A DNA stretch of 63,779 nucleotides, filler included, from Octopus bimaculoides (taxonomy: Eukaryota): the NCBI RefSeq assembly GCF_001194135.2. It is 8 parts of 7 records of this genome, joined end to end, with 100 filler letters (N's around TTAATTAATTAA, not from the genome) between each part and the next. Parts side by side here need not be neighbours in the genome. Positions count along the whole stretch, not along the records: positions 23,888 to 52,642 come from NC_068986.1; 7 more parts are not named here. One strand, written 5' to 3'. The translations under genes were made by a program, and so were the position numbers. The notes below the pieces were generated by a model that worked only from the letters and a program-made list of their open reading frames with translations, did no database searches and was not told the DNA's origin. This document shows, piece by piece, positions 24,501 through 36,580 of the stretch; position 1 is the stretch's first letter; each line of letters starts with the position of its first letter.

Positions 24501-25364
24501 AATACCAACACTTTATATGCATTACATATACGCGCGCAAGTGTGCGTGTATGTGTTTCTGTGTATGTATGTACATATATATATANNNNNNNNNNNNNNNN
24601 NNNNNNNNNNNNNNNNNNNNNNNNNNNNNNNNNNNNNNNNNNNNNNNNNNNNNNNNNNNNNNNNNNNNNNNNNNNNNNNNNNNNNNNNNNNNNNNNNNNN
24701 NNNNNNNNNNNNNNNNNNNNNNNNNNNNNNNNNNNNNNNNNNNNNNNNNNNNNNNNNNNNNNNNNNNNNNNNNNNNNNNNNNNNNNNNNNNNNNNNNNNN
24801 NNNNNNNNNNNNNNNNNNNNNNNNNNNNNNNNNNNNNNNNNNNNNNNNNNNNNNNNNNNNNNNNNNNNNNNNNNNNNNNNNNNNNNNNNNNNNNNNNNNN
24901 NNNNNNNNNNNNNNNNNNNNNNNNNNNNNNNNNNNNNNNNNNNNNNNNNNNNNNNNNNNNNNNNNNNNNNNNNNNNNNNNNNNNNGAAAATAATGATAAT
25001 CAGAGTACAGAAAACACACAAACCACATAGAGAACATTTTCCTTCATCAGCTACCCCCGTTTTAACACCGGTGTTTCGAAGAGCTGGGTAGGACGCATCG
25101 TTAAAACGGCTCTTCCCATGGACCGCAAATTAAATTTGTATACACAAATTAAACCTTGCCATGGAGGTATGTAGTGGCGGACAAAAAACAAGACAGAAAA
25201 ACAAACGGAAAAGGCTATACGGCGAGACGGGAAAAATTATGTGTGTATGAACGCTGTGAGGCACGAACTTGAAAGTGGGGACGAAGTAAGTTCGCGTGTT
25301 TGCTCGGCGATATATATGCATACATACATACATATATGTACATACTTACATATATATGGATATA

Positions 25365-25700
25365 TGGGTACAGGACGTCATAAAACGTAAACAATATGAA
25401 ATACGAAAGCAGCCCAGGGTATGCGAACAATAGAAATAAATAGAAAACAAGACAAGTAAAATTGAAAACGACCCTTCATCAGTTGTCGGCTGTTTATCTA
25501 CTCCACATTTCGAGCAATTCATGACAATATGTGTCTTCGAGAAACGGTTGCTTCCGCGAACCACAATAAAATTTGGGATTTGCGGAGGGCCAAAGCTGGT
25601 AACAAAAACAGGACATACAACAAACCAAACCAAACGAAAACAAACGAGGTAAGGTGGCGAACGCTGGAAGAATATTCTTTGATAAGAGGAAAGATAGGAG
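25365..25700. mobile_element. Interspersed repeat family F
   Basis: Begins gggtacaggacgtca, as at 45100 and 63367; the interior is the reverse complement of 63480-63690. Confidence 0.65.
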
Positions 25701-26002
25701 AGGTGATATAAGAATGCGTCTGGTCTGTGCGACAGACTGAAAAAAAAGAAAGATGATTACGTGAGGAAAAGAAAGATGGACGATGGTCACGTGTGAGCAA
25801 TGAGAGAGAGTAAAGGAAGAAGAGAGAGAGACAGATAGAAAACGGTGAAGGGGAGAAAAAAGAATTAGAGAAAAGATGAGAGAGAAAAACACGAAAGGAG
25901 GAGAAGGAGAGAAAAAAGAATTGGAGAACGGAAGAGAGAAAACGAGAATGGGGGAGAGAGAGAACAGTACAGGGTAGAGTCGCATCAAAATTATTAAGAT
26001 AA

Positions 26003-26119
26003 ACTTACTTGGAAATGGATGCGTGGCGTTCAATCGTATAATAATACAAATATAATATATATAGATATGCATATTTACATTATTATACGATTGAATGCCA
26101 CGCATCCATTTCCAAGTAA

Positions 26120-26121
<2 letters not shown>
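26003..26121. repeat. Near-perfect inverted repeat: 43-bp arms, 1 mismatch, 33-nt spacer
   Basis: acttacttggaaatggatgcgtggcgttcaatcgtataataat at 26003-26045 vs its reverse complement at 26079-26121. Confidence 0.9.
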
Positions 26122-26171
<50 letters not shown>

Positions 26172-28737
26172 GCACACACACTGAGTCTCATTCTAGGCTG
26201 ATCGCAACTATGATGAGCCAAACTCAAAGTTGACTGTCATAGTGTTCAGGATGTGGTCGTGGCTGAGAAGTTTTTCTTAGCGGGTGGTGGTGGTGGTCTG
26301 TTTACTGTTTAGCTTGTTTGGGTTTTTGCTTGATTAATTAAGTTCTATTAATTATTCCAGGAACTAAGGCGACGAGCTGATCGGTATTTCACCTGTCGCT
26401 CTGTCCTGGTTCAAATGACGTCTAGGTCGGCTTTTCCGTTCATCCTTTGGGGGTCGATAAAATAAGTACCCGTTAAAGACTGGAGTCGATGTAATCGACT
26501 CATACCCTCTCCCAAAAATTGCTGCACTTATGGCAAAATTTGAAACCATTAATTATTCTGGAAAATATCTTAAATTGTGTTATTTAATTTACTCTGGAAT
26601 GAATCTGTATTGAGTCCTCTTTAACTGAGAGGTAATAGAATAAAGTGCAACTGAACTGTAGTTGTATCTGTTGCAATTTTGACACTGCGAGCTTTCCATA
26701 GTTATTTTACACAAGTCTCTCGTTTACAACTCAGTGAAATCTATATTAGGTACAGAATGCAGCAGCAAGAAAATAAACAAAAAAAAACAAAAAAATCCCA
26801 CATTTCACAGATTGACAAACGTTTCAACAGTAAGCATTCGGTATGCAGAGATCCAAAACATGAAGGTAACTGAAAACGTTATAACATTAGCTACACGAAG
26901 ACACCATTGTTACCTTCCTAACTTTGCTAGCCCCACAATGATGGCCATATAAAGTATAGGCGATTTTATCTGTGGCATCCTGTATGTAAAGATTTTGACT
27001 TCTGTTCTATCTGGCCATCAATTACATCTGCAACCGAGACTCTTAAACGGTATCTCATGGGCTAGATCCTTTCCAAATATAACTTTGCATACATACATAC
27101 ATACATACATACATACATACATGCATACATACATACATACATACATACATACATACATACATACATTATATCCATATGGATACACATTCTATTGTATTTC
27201 TTGACACCATCACTTCATGCCTTGCAAGTCAAACTTTCTGAACATTCTGCTGTTAGATGTAGCATTTTCCATCTTCTCATTTCAGTGTTTACATACACTT
27301 ATTTCACTTCTCTTTTCTATGGGAAGCATCGTAACCAAACGAATGATACAGACTGGCATCCACAAGTATCCGTTAGATATGTCTCCCTTTATAAAATGCT
27401 TAATTTAGCATAATTTGTCGGTTCCAGGTTATGTTATACTGATGATTTCTAATAAGAATGAAATGACGCTATACGTTATTACTTAAGACTAGAAATTTTA
27501 AGATCTTTGAAATGAGTTAGAAAAAACACATGAAGTGTGTATCTTCTGTGTATCTCCTTCTTTGGTCTTCGATTTAAAATTCTAGCTTCCACTTACGTTA
27601 AGATTTGTCTCGAAATGGTTATCTCCCTTACAATAACTGGCCACTAGAGCACATATCATATTACCTGAAATAACCCAACAAGACTAATATTTCTGCTTCA
27701 TTAAATACAATATAATAGTTTCTGACTCAGAAACGAGGCCAGCAGTTTTGAGGGGAGGATGTTTGTCGAAACTATCGGCCCCAGTACTTAACTGGTACTT
27801 TATTTTATCGAATCCAAAGGGATGAAAGGCGAAGTTGACCCCGACAGTGTTTGAACTCAGAATATGAAAAAAAAAAAAAAAAAAACTGGTACAGATATCG
27901 CAGCACATTTTCCGACGCTCAAACGATCCAGCAAGTTCAGTGCCACAAATATTGGTTTTAGATTTTGGCGCAAGGTTAGCAATTTTGAGGGGTGTGAGCA
28001 AGATGATTACTTCGACCGACCCCAGTACTTGACTCGTATTTTATTTTATCGGCACCAAAAGGCAAAGTTGACCTCGGTGGAATTCAGAGCCGGGAGAAAT
28101 GCCGCTCAGCATTTTGTCAAACGCGCTGACTTTTCTGTCAGCTCGCAGTCTTTGCTTTTAATATAATATAACACTATACGTTTGGTATCGAATACTGTTT
28201 CTACTTACTTCTTGTTTATTCTCATATGTTTGCATACACTCAGCACAGAGAATGGGGAGAGGAGAGTGAGAGACGTGGAAGGGACAGGGAGAGATGGAGA
28301 GAGTGATGAATTAAGGGCTAATATAAGTGATATTAGATATTATAAGCACCAATTTGTTTCAAAAAAGGAAAAAAAGCATCTCTGACGTCATCCTATTTCT
28401 GTATCAAATTGGCGGTTACGATATTTAATATCAGACAAAAACACACGTTTATGCAAGTGCACACATGAAATTACACGCATACATACACACTGACACACAT
28501 ACAAACACTAATATATTAACGGCTGAGATTCTAATTTAAAAAAACAAACCTAAAACGTTATAAATAACCACATTGTAACCCATACATGGTCGTGTGGTCA
28601 AACAGTTTGAATCACACGCTATTGCGAGGTATGGGTTCGATCGAAGTGTACAGCATTTGTCTTTTACTTCAAACTCGAGTTACTCCAAGCTCTAAGCAAA
28701 AAGAAATTGCACATACACACACACAAACACACACACA

Positions 28738-28804
<67 letters not shown>

Positions 28805-29199
28805 TCATAAAATGATTCTTCCAAGTACAATAACACACACACATACGCATTCTCTCACATGCATGNNNNNNNNNNTGTGTGTGTGTGTGTGTGTGTGTGT
28901 CTGTGTGTGTGTGTGTCTGTATTTGTATATGTATGTGTGTCTATATATATGTGTGTGTATGTATGTATGTATGTATGTATGTATTGCCCTATTTCAGTGG
29001 TTGTTGTTGTTGTGATTGTTGTCGTAATATTTCTAAAAACTGTCCCTGTGTCACGTCACTTGATTGTGATTCTAACCAACTAATCAAATCTGGAATGTTC
29101 TTTACTGAAATTACCACTGATTCAATGGCACAGATAGTCTTTCAGAAACGCAATTAAGGTTCTCCCACCCGCCTTTCGTCCGTCTCTCTCTCTCTCTCT

Positions 29200-29239
<40 letters not shown>

Positions 29240-30606
29240 NNNNNNNNNNNNNNNNNNNNNNNNNNNNNNNNNNNNNNNNNNNNNNNNNNNNNNNNNNNNN
29301 NNNNNNNNNNNNNNNNNNNNNNNNNNNNNNNNNNNNNNNNNNNNNNNNNNNNNNNNNNNNNNNNNNNNNNNNNNNNNNNNNNNNNNNNNNNNNNNNNNNN
29401 NNNNNNNNNNNNNNNNNNNNNNNNNNNNNNNNNNNNNNNNNNNNNNNNNNNNNNNNNNNNNNNNNNNNNNNNNNNNNNNNNNNNNNNNNNNNNNNNNNNN
29501 NNNNNNNNNNNNNNNNNNNNNNNNNNNNNNNNNNNNNNNNNNNNNNNNNNNNNNNNNNNNNNNNNNNNNNNNNNNNNNNNNNNNNNNNNNNNNNNNNNNN
29601 NNNNNNNNNNNNNNNNNNNNNNNNNNNNNNNNNNNNNNNNNNNNNNNNNNNNNNNNNNNNNNNNNNNNNNNNNNNNNNNNNNNNNNNNNNNNNNNNNNNN
29701 NNNNNNNNNNNNNNNNNNNNNNNNNNNNNNNNNNNNNNNNNNNNNNNNNNNNNNTGTCCATTGTTTGTTTGTTTGTTTGTTTGCTTGTTTCTTTCTTTCT
29801 TTGTTTCCTTCTTTTTTTTTTTGCTATTATAACTGATTCTGATTTAGAGGTATAAGACCAGCGATTTTGAGAGGAAGGGTGAGTCGATATCTTTGACCCC
29901 CACCCAGTCCTTGAATAGTACTTTATTTTATCGACCCCCCGGGAAGATGAAAGACAATTTACACTTCATCATAATGATTATACTTTGATCATTAATTAAT
30001 GCAGTGTCAGTTCAATTCCCAGCTGACCGATCATTAAATTCTTTAGATTAATTTTCCTCTTCTCTGAAGGCAGCGAGCTGGTAGAGTCGTTACCGCACCA
30101 CAAAATGCTTAGCAGCATTTCCTCTGGCTTTTAACGTTCTAAGTTCGAATTCCCCCAAGGTTAACTATGCCTTTCAGAACCGATAGAATGCGTACCAGTC
30201 ATTCACTGCGGTCAAGGTGGTCGGCTTCCCCTTTAAATTGTTTTGTCTTTTTCCAAAATTAGTTTTTTCGCGCTTTTCTGTCTTTCTTTTGTGTTCTATA
30301 TTTTCCTTCATAACATTCTTCTTTCTTTGTCTTCTTCCAGTTCAGCGCCGGTGGGGTTCGAACGTCGTTCTTTGTGCAGAGAACATAAATAAATACCAGC
30401 ATTTTAATATTTAGCTATGTTCTTTTAGAAATGGAAGTGTGCGCATGCGCTTGTGTAGTGTATATATATGTATGTATGCGTATATGTATGTATAAATGTA
30501 TATAGTTATTTCAAAAAACGGAGCAAAGGACAAGAAAGAAACAACAACGTGAAGACGTAGCACATGCAAAGTATTAATAAGATACTCGGAGAAGGAAAAG
30601 AGTGGT

Positions 30607-30643
30607 TGTTTTACGTTTCGAGCATAACTCTTCTTCAGAAACA
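30607..30643 (-). ncRNA. Minimal type I hammerhead ribozyme motif
   Basis: Minus strand: ugUUU-CUGAAGA-A-gag(uuaug)cuc-GAAA-CG-UA-AAAca; 5-bp helix I, helix II hairpin, ACGU palindrome in helix III, GUA cleavage triplet. Confidence 0.65.
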
Positions 30644-30826
30644 GGAAACATTAGAAAGTCCAAAGGAAAATGAAGAAGGGGGAAAAATCGTTAGTAGTCC
30701 GCGTGTAGTTACATTTCTGAAATCACACATACATATATGCATATATGTATGTGTGTATGTAAGCATGTGTGAGTATGCTTGTACGTAAGTATGTATATCT
30801 TCATATCTGTACACATGTTAAATATT

Positions 30827-30868
<42 letters not shown>

Positions 30869-31439
30869 TGGCCTGTGTACGTATGCATGCACGCATACAT
30901 ACACGCACAAACACACTCACACTCACACACACACACGCACACATATACATGCACGTATACATATATGCATAGATATGTGTGGACTCACACACAAACATAT
31001 ATACACTAACATCAATGGTGATAATGGAGAAATGTTTTAGCCTAGCGTGTTGAAAATTCTTTATTAATCCTATTATTAAAGTGCCACTTATATACATTTA
31101 AGTATTATCTATAAATGTATGCAGATAAGCTTTTTATTGCACGGAAACTTGTTTTCAATGTCCATCGTGTGCCATTTAAAACCCATGGCATGCTATTACT
31201 GACACGTGTGTCATCGGCCAATCATCACTGATCTAGGATATTGATATTACTTTTTAAAATAGGCTTAAGGCTCTAAATTTAGTGGAAGGTGGGTGGAGCT
31301 ATATTTGATAGCATTAATTTTTACTACTGGTTCAAGTCCATGAATATGGTGGGAGGAGCTATAGATGATGATATCAACTGATCAAAAATTTGGTGGGAGG
31401 TTCAATAGTCGATTTATATTAATAATGTTAATTCAAGGA

Positions 31440-31650
31440 TAGGCCGCGAACTGGCAAGATCATTAGTTACGCTGTGCAAAATGCTTAGTAGCATCTCATC
31501 CGTCTTTATGTCCTGAGTTCAAATCCCGCCGAAGCCGACATTGCCTTTTATCCATTCGGTGTTGATAAAATAAGTACCAGCTGTGTACTGAGGTCGATGC
31601 AATCAACTTGCCTCAACCCCGAAATTGTTATGCCAATATTTGAAACCAAT
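31440..31650 (+). mobile_element. SINE family B
   Basis: ggccgcgaactggcaag...gagttcaaatcccgccgaag...ataaaataagtaccag. Confidence 0.75.
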
Positions 31651-31972
31651 ATTAGTTCAAGAGCTTAAATTCGGTGACGATTATATTAATTTTTAACGTA
31701 AGCACAAGATCCTATATTGGGTGGGCGGGGCCTTAAGCGATATTGATTTTTAACATAAGCTCAAGGCCCTAAATTTAGTGGGAGGGGTTATAGGTGATGG
31801 TATTAATTTTTAATATAAGTTCAAGATCCTAAATCTGCTGGGAAGGCTACACGTAATGACATTTATTTTTAATATGGGTTCAAGGCCCTAAATTGGGTGG
31901 GAGGTACTACAGAAGTTCATCATTTGCATTATTTACTTTTAACGGATACTTGTCCTCATCTTGTTCGTTGTT

Positions 31973-32018
31973 AACACAACGTTTCGGCTGATATACCCTC
32001 CAGCCTTCATCAGGTGTC
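31973..32018 (-). ncRNA. Minimal type I hammerhead ribozyme motif, intact core
   Basis: gacac-CUGAUGA-A-ggcug(gagggtatat)cagcc-GAAA-CG-UU-guguu; helix I gacac/guguu, palindromic AACGUU helix III. Confidence 0.7.
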
Positions 32019-32085
32019 TTGGGGAAATTTCGAACCTGGGTTCTCATTCCTAAGGTATTTTTCGATGTTGTTGTTGTTGTTGTTG

Positions 32086-32160
<75 letters not shown>

Positions 32161-32325
32161 TGACTATGCTATATGCTTGAGGGCATAAGGTGGTGGGAGA
32201 AATCAAAAATCTTCTTGATTTGGTTTCAAGTCAAGAGACTGCATCGAGACTACCTCAGGTTCGAACCCAGGTTAATAACAACAACAATATCGAAAATGAG
32301 AACCCCAGGTTCGAAATTTCCCCAA

Positions 32326-32371
32326 GACACCCGATGAAGGCTGGAGGGTATTTCAGCCGAAACGTTGTGTT
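32326..32371 (+). ncRNA. Hammerhead motif, inverted twin with a core mutation (CCGAUGA)
   Basis: gacac-CCGAUGA-A-ggcug...cagcc-GAAACGUU-guguu; a U4C change in the conserved core probably inactivates it. Confidence 0.55.
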
Positions 32372-32985
32372 AGCAACAAACAAGATGAGGACAAATATCC
32401 GTCAAATGTAAATAATGTACATAATTCCTCATCTCTTAAATATAAAACTGTACTACAGAAGTTGTTATTAATTTTTGTTATGGTATCAAGTCCCTAAATT
32501 TGGGAAGAAAGATTATAGTCGATTACGTCGAAGCCAGCACTTTATTGATATCAATTATATCGCTCTCTTGAGAATGCAAGGCAAAACCGACTTCGGTTGA
32601 AAGCGGTCGATCGATCACACACGCTAGACTGGGCAAATAAGAGAGAATTTACGCGGTTGGTGGACCTGTTAGAAACACCAGCCACGTCATCAGTAAATTA
32701 CACCCTAGCGTCACACATAACGCACATTATATAACGATATAAATGTTCTCGGACGAAACTAAAAGGAAAAGGCAATAATAGTAACAATATCCACTCCGAA
32801 GCCACCGAGAAAGTCTCCATGCAGTCTCTTGACTTGAAACCAAATAAAGAAGATTTTTAATTTCTCACACCACCTTATGAGTGATACATATGCCGAAACA
32901 CAGCAAATTTGCCTGCATTCCCTTCATCATATACGCGGTATTCATATTCGGTTAAAATGGCTTGTTGATGTGTTTTGTTTCTTTT

Positions 32986-33074
32986 TTCCCCCTGATGAGA
33001 TGATTACATTGCTTTACATCATTTTATTCCCTCAGGAATAATACGAATGTTTTCTTCGAAACATATGTCGGAAG
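32986..33074 (+). ncRNA. Hammerhead candidate with an extended helix II and palindromic helix III
   Basis: CUGAUGA at 32992-32998 and GAAAC-AUAU-GUC at 33058-33069 (ACAUAUGU palindrome, GUC triplet); helix I is weak (2 bp, or 4 bp with a bulge). Confidence 0.45.
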
Positions 33075-33114
33075 TATAAAGATTTGAATAACAGCTGCGT
33101 TGAAGTCCACTTCA

Positions 33115-33153
<39 letters not shown>

Positions 33154-34394
33154 ATATATATATATATATATATNNNNNNNNNNNNNNNNNNNNNNNNNNN
33201 NNNNNNNNNNNNNNNNNNNNNNNNNNNNNNNNNNNNNNNNNNNNNNNNNNNNNNNNNNNNNNNNNNNNNNNNNNNNNNNNNNNNNNNNNNNNNNNNNNNN
33301 NNNNNNNNNNNNNNNNNNNNNNNNNNNNNNNNNNNNNNNNNNNNNNNNNNNNNNNNNNNNNNNNNNNNNNNNNNNNNNNNNNNNNNNNNNNNNNNNNNNN
33401 NNNNNNNNNNNNNNNNNNNNNNNNNNNNNNNNNNNNNNNNNNNNNNNNNNNNNNNNNNNNNNNNNNNNNNNNNNNNNNNNNNNNNNNNNNNNNNNNNNNN
33501 NNNNNNNNNNNNNNNNNNNNNNNNNNNNNNNNNNNNNNNNNNNNNNNNNNNNNNNNNNNNNNNNNNNNNNNNNNNNNNNNNNNNNNNNNNNNNNNNNNNN
33601 NNNNNNNNNNNNNNNNNNNNNNNNNNNNNNNNNNNNNNNNNNNNNNNNNNNNNNNNNNNNNNNNNNNNNNNNNNNNNNNNNNNNNNNNNNNNNNNNNNNN
33701 NNNNNNNNNNNNNNNNNNNNNNNNNNNNNNNNTATATATATATATATATATATATGGATCTAAGACTTTTCGTCTAAAACACTTTTATCTAATGCGCTGA
33801 TCTAATGGTCTGAAGAGCTTTGGTCTAAAGTGACTTTTGTATAAATACACTATAGTCTAAAGGCATTTTTGTCTAAATGCTCTTTAGTATGAAGACATTT
33901 TTGTCTAAACTCACTTTGGTCTAATAAATATTTTGTCTATAGAATCTTTTAAAAAAATGTAAAAGGTCTAAATAATACTCTAATCCTTTTTCTCTTTAGA
34001 CGAACATGCTTTTGGAGCAAAGTTTCTTAGACTAAAGTGGTTTAGACCAAAGCATTTTAGACCAAAATGTCGTATCGCTTATATATATACATCGTCAGTG
34101 GATCATATATCTGAAAAAGAAACTCACTCTAAAAGTTAGAGCGGACATATATTTAACTTCATATGTGTGTATGTAGTGTGCATGTGTATGCATGTCAATG
34201 TGTGTGCGCGCGTGCGTATTGTGTGTGTTAGTCTGTCTGGGTGTGTGAGAGTAGCATTGGTTGAAAAAGCAGAACATTGAAATAATATTATTACTATTAC
34301 ATTTCATTAAGTATTTTCTTCCTCAAAGGTGATTAGGGAGCGGAGAGTTCAAATCTCTTCCAAGAAGGGGATTGGGTGAATGGCTATAATGATG

Positions 34395-34416
34395 ATGAAG
34401 GGGAAGAGGAGAAGGA

Positions 34417-34498
<82 letters not shown>

Positions 34499-34514
34499 AG
34501 TAATGATAATAATA

Positions 34515-34555
<41 letters not shown>

Positions 34556-34569
34556 AATAATAATAATAA

Positions 34570-34600
<31 letters not shown>

Positions 34601-35480
34601 AAGAAGACGANNNNNNNNNNNNNNNNNNNNNNNNNNNNNNNNNNNNNNNNNNNNNNNNNNNNNNNNNNNNNNNNNNNNNNNNNNNNNNNNNNNNNNNNNN
34701 NNNNNNNNNNNNNNNNNNNNNNNNNNNNNNNNNNNNNNNNNNNNNNNNNNNNNNNNNNNNNNNNNNNNNNNNNNNNNNNNNNNNNNNNNNNNNNNNNNNN
34801 NNNNNNNNNNNNNNNNNNNNNNNNNNNNNNNNNNNNNNNNNNNNNNNNNNNNNNNNNNNNNNNNNNNNNNNNNNNNNNNNNNNNNNNNNNNNNNNNNNNN
34901 NNNNNNNNNNNNNNNNNNNNNNNNNNNNNNNNNNNNNNNNNNNNNNNNNNNNNNNNNNNNNNNNNNNNNNNNNNNNNNNNNNNNNNNNNNNNNNNNNNNN
35001 NNNNNNNNNNNNNNNNNNNNNNNNNNNNNNNNNCGGTGATGGTAGTGATGGTGGCGGCGGCGGTAGTGGTGGTGACGATGTTGGTAGTGGTGGCGGCGGT
35101 GACGGTGGTGGTAGCTGTGGCGGTGGCGGCGGTAGTGGCGGTGACGGTGGTGGTGGCGGTGGTGGCCGTGGTGGTAACGGCGGTAGTGGCGGCATTAGTA
35201 CTAATTGTAATTGTTTCGTCGTTGTTGTTGATTATATGATTGTTGCCGTTGTTGTTTTAACGGTGTTGGTAATTACTGGTACTGTAGTAGTTGTTAGCGT
35301 TGTTGTTGTAGTTGTTGTTAGGGGTGTTGAGGATCGTGTTATTGTTGTAGCTCTTAGTACTGTTGTTGTTGTTAATGTTCTTGTAGTTTTTATTAGTACT
35401 ATTGTAGTTGTTAGTGTTGTAGTTGTTAGTGTTATCATAGTATTATTAGTGGTATTGCTTATAGTGGTGTTGTAACCGTT
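34395..35480. repeat. Compound trinucleotide array (GAC, GAT, AAT, AAG | gap | GGT/GGC, GTT/GTA)
   Basis: Directly visible; it generates homopolymeric ORFs in several frames. Confidence 0.9.
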
Positions 35481-36546
35481 GTTACGGGTGGCGGTAGTGA
35501 TGATGGAGATGTCATAAATGTTGTTGATGTTGTTGTTTTACCATAGGCCATCCCTGATGAAGCCGACCAATATTCAGAGAGATTCTAGTAAGAGTAACTC
35601 CACTCTTTCCTTATGCCCATGAAACAAAGAACGTTACAAAACACGTCCTCTGCAAGATAGGCTGTGATATGAGGAAAATTTGATGGCTATTTCTAGTACA
35701 TCAGGCGACTCTCTAGAGGCTCCTTCATCAACGCATTGTCGATGCTTGTCACTGGCGATGGTTTTGGTGATGACGGTAATAGTGGTAGTGTAATTAATGG
35801 TAAAGTACAAGTTGTAGTTTACCCCCAGGTCGGTCTAATTCAGTAGACCTACGGCCAAAAGCACCTCACCAGTGACCAATCCGTCATTTTTTCACTTATA
35901 TATCTAATACTATGTTAAACTTGTTGCTTAGATTCAGAGATTCTCTTACAGATATGGTTCTTATACAGAGAGTGATAGAACCAAGAAAGAAAGAAACAAC
36001 AATGAGGTTAGAAGAATCGCAGTCAATGAGATATGTCGAGAGCAAAATGTATATTCTGGTGAAGAAGGGCTGGGAAAGAGTGATTCAAAATGGGTTATAA
36101 AAACAAAATTTATGTTTGTACAGTTTACGAGTTAAGCTTTTGTGTTCGCCAATTTGTTCTTCCAATTCATATTTAATCTTTCTCTAGTCTTTCCATCTTC
36201 CGCTCAATATATCATCTCATCTTTCCATCTACATTCCAAATGTGCAACAAGAAAGAAAAGAAAATCAGTTGCTTGGTTTCCTGTATATTGCGAGCTGGAG
36301 CGAATTACTGCTATTTCTAGCGGTCGGGTGTTCTCCACTGACGATGGGCATAAATAGCCCAAAACTGTACAATCTGGTGATCCCGTCGTCTGCTAGAAGA
36401 TGGTAGGAGTTCGTTCCCCTGCTTGCAATATATACTGGGTGCAGATTGCATCGATAACCAGCTGGAGGAGGCTCTTTCTGGGGTTAAAAACGGTAGTAAC
36501 GTCGGTTCCTATGGAACAGCCATATTGATATGGCGATAAAAATTAC

Positions 36547-36580
<34 letters not shown>

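Larger units (their letters stand above)
31918..32449. mobile_element. 532-bp non-autonomous Penelope-type element with inverted ~150-bp arms and a 14-bp flanking direct repeat
   Basis: Arms 31927-32085 and 32270-32417 are reverse complements; gtactacagaagtt occurs at 31904-31917 and 32450-32463; central (GTT)n(ATT)n. Confidence 0.75.
31240..32520. repeat. Degenerate ~60-bp minisatellite interrupted by a SINE and by the twin-hammerhead element
   Basis: tattaatttttaa...caagg.cctaaattt.gtgggagg units; anchors at 31684, 31741, 31801 and 31860, resuming at 32466. Confidence 0.75.

Noticed and set aside
25040-25115. Permuted hammerhead on the minus strand (GAAAC-ACCGGTGT ... CTGATGA)
   Set aside because: Helix I and helix II cannot be formed convincingly.
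26811-26865. Small candidate exon (cacag acceptor, gtaact donor)
   Set aside because: No recognisable protein similarity; such splice-like pairs occur by chance.
36290-36520. GC-richer segment with a ~70-codon open frame on the minus strand
   Set aside because: It shares sequence with 38110-38200 and 35640-35720, so it is a repeat family and not a host exon.
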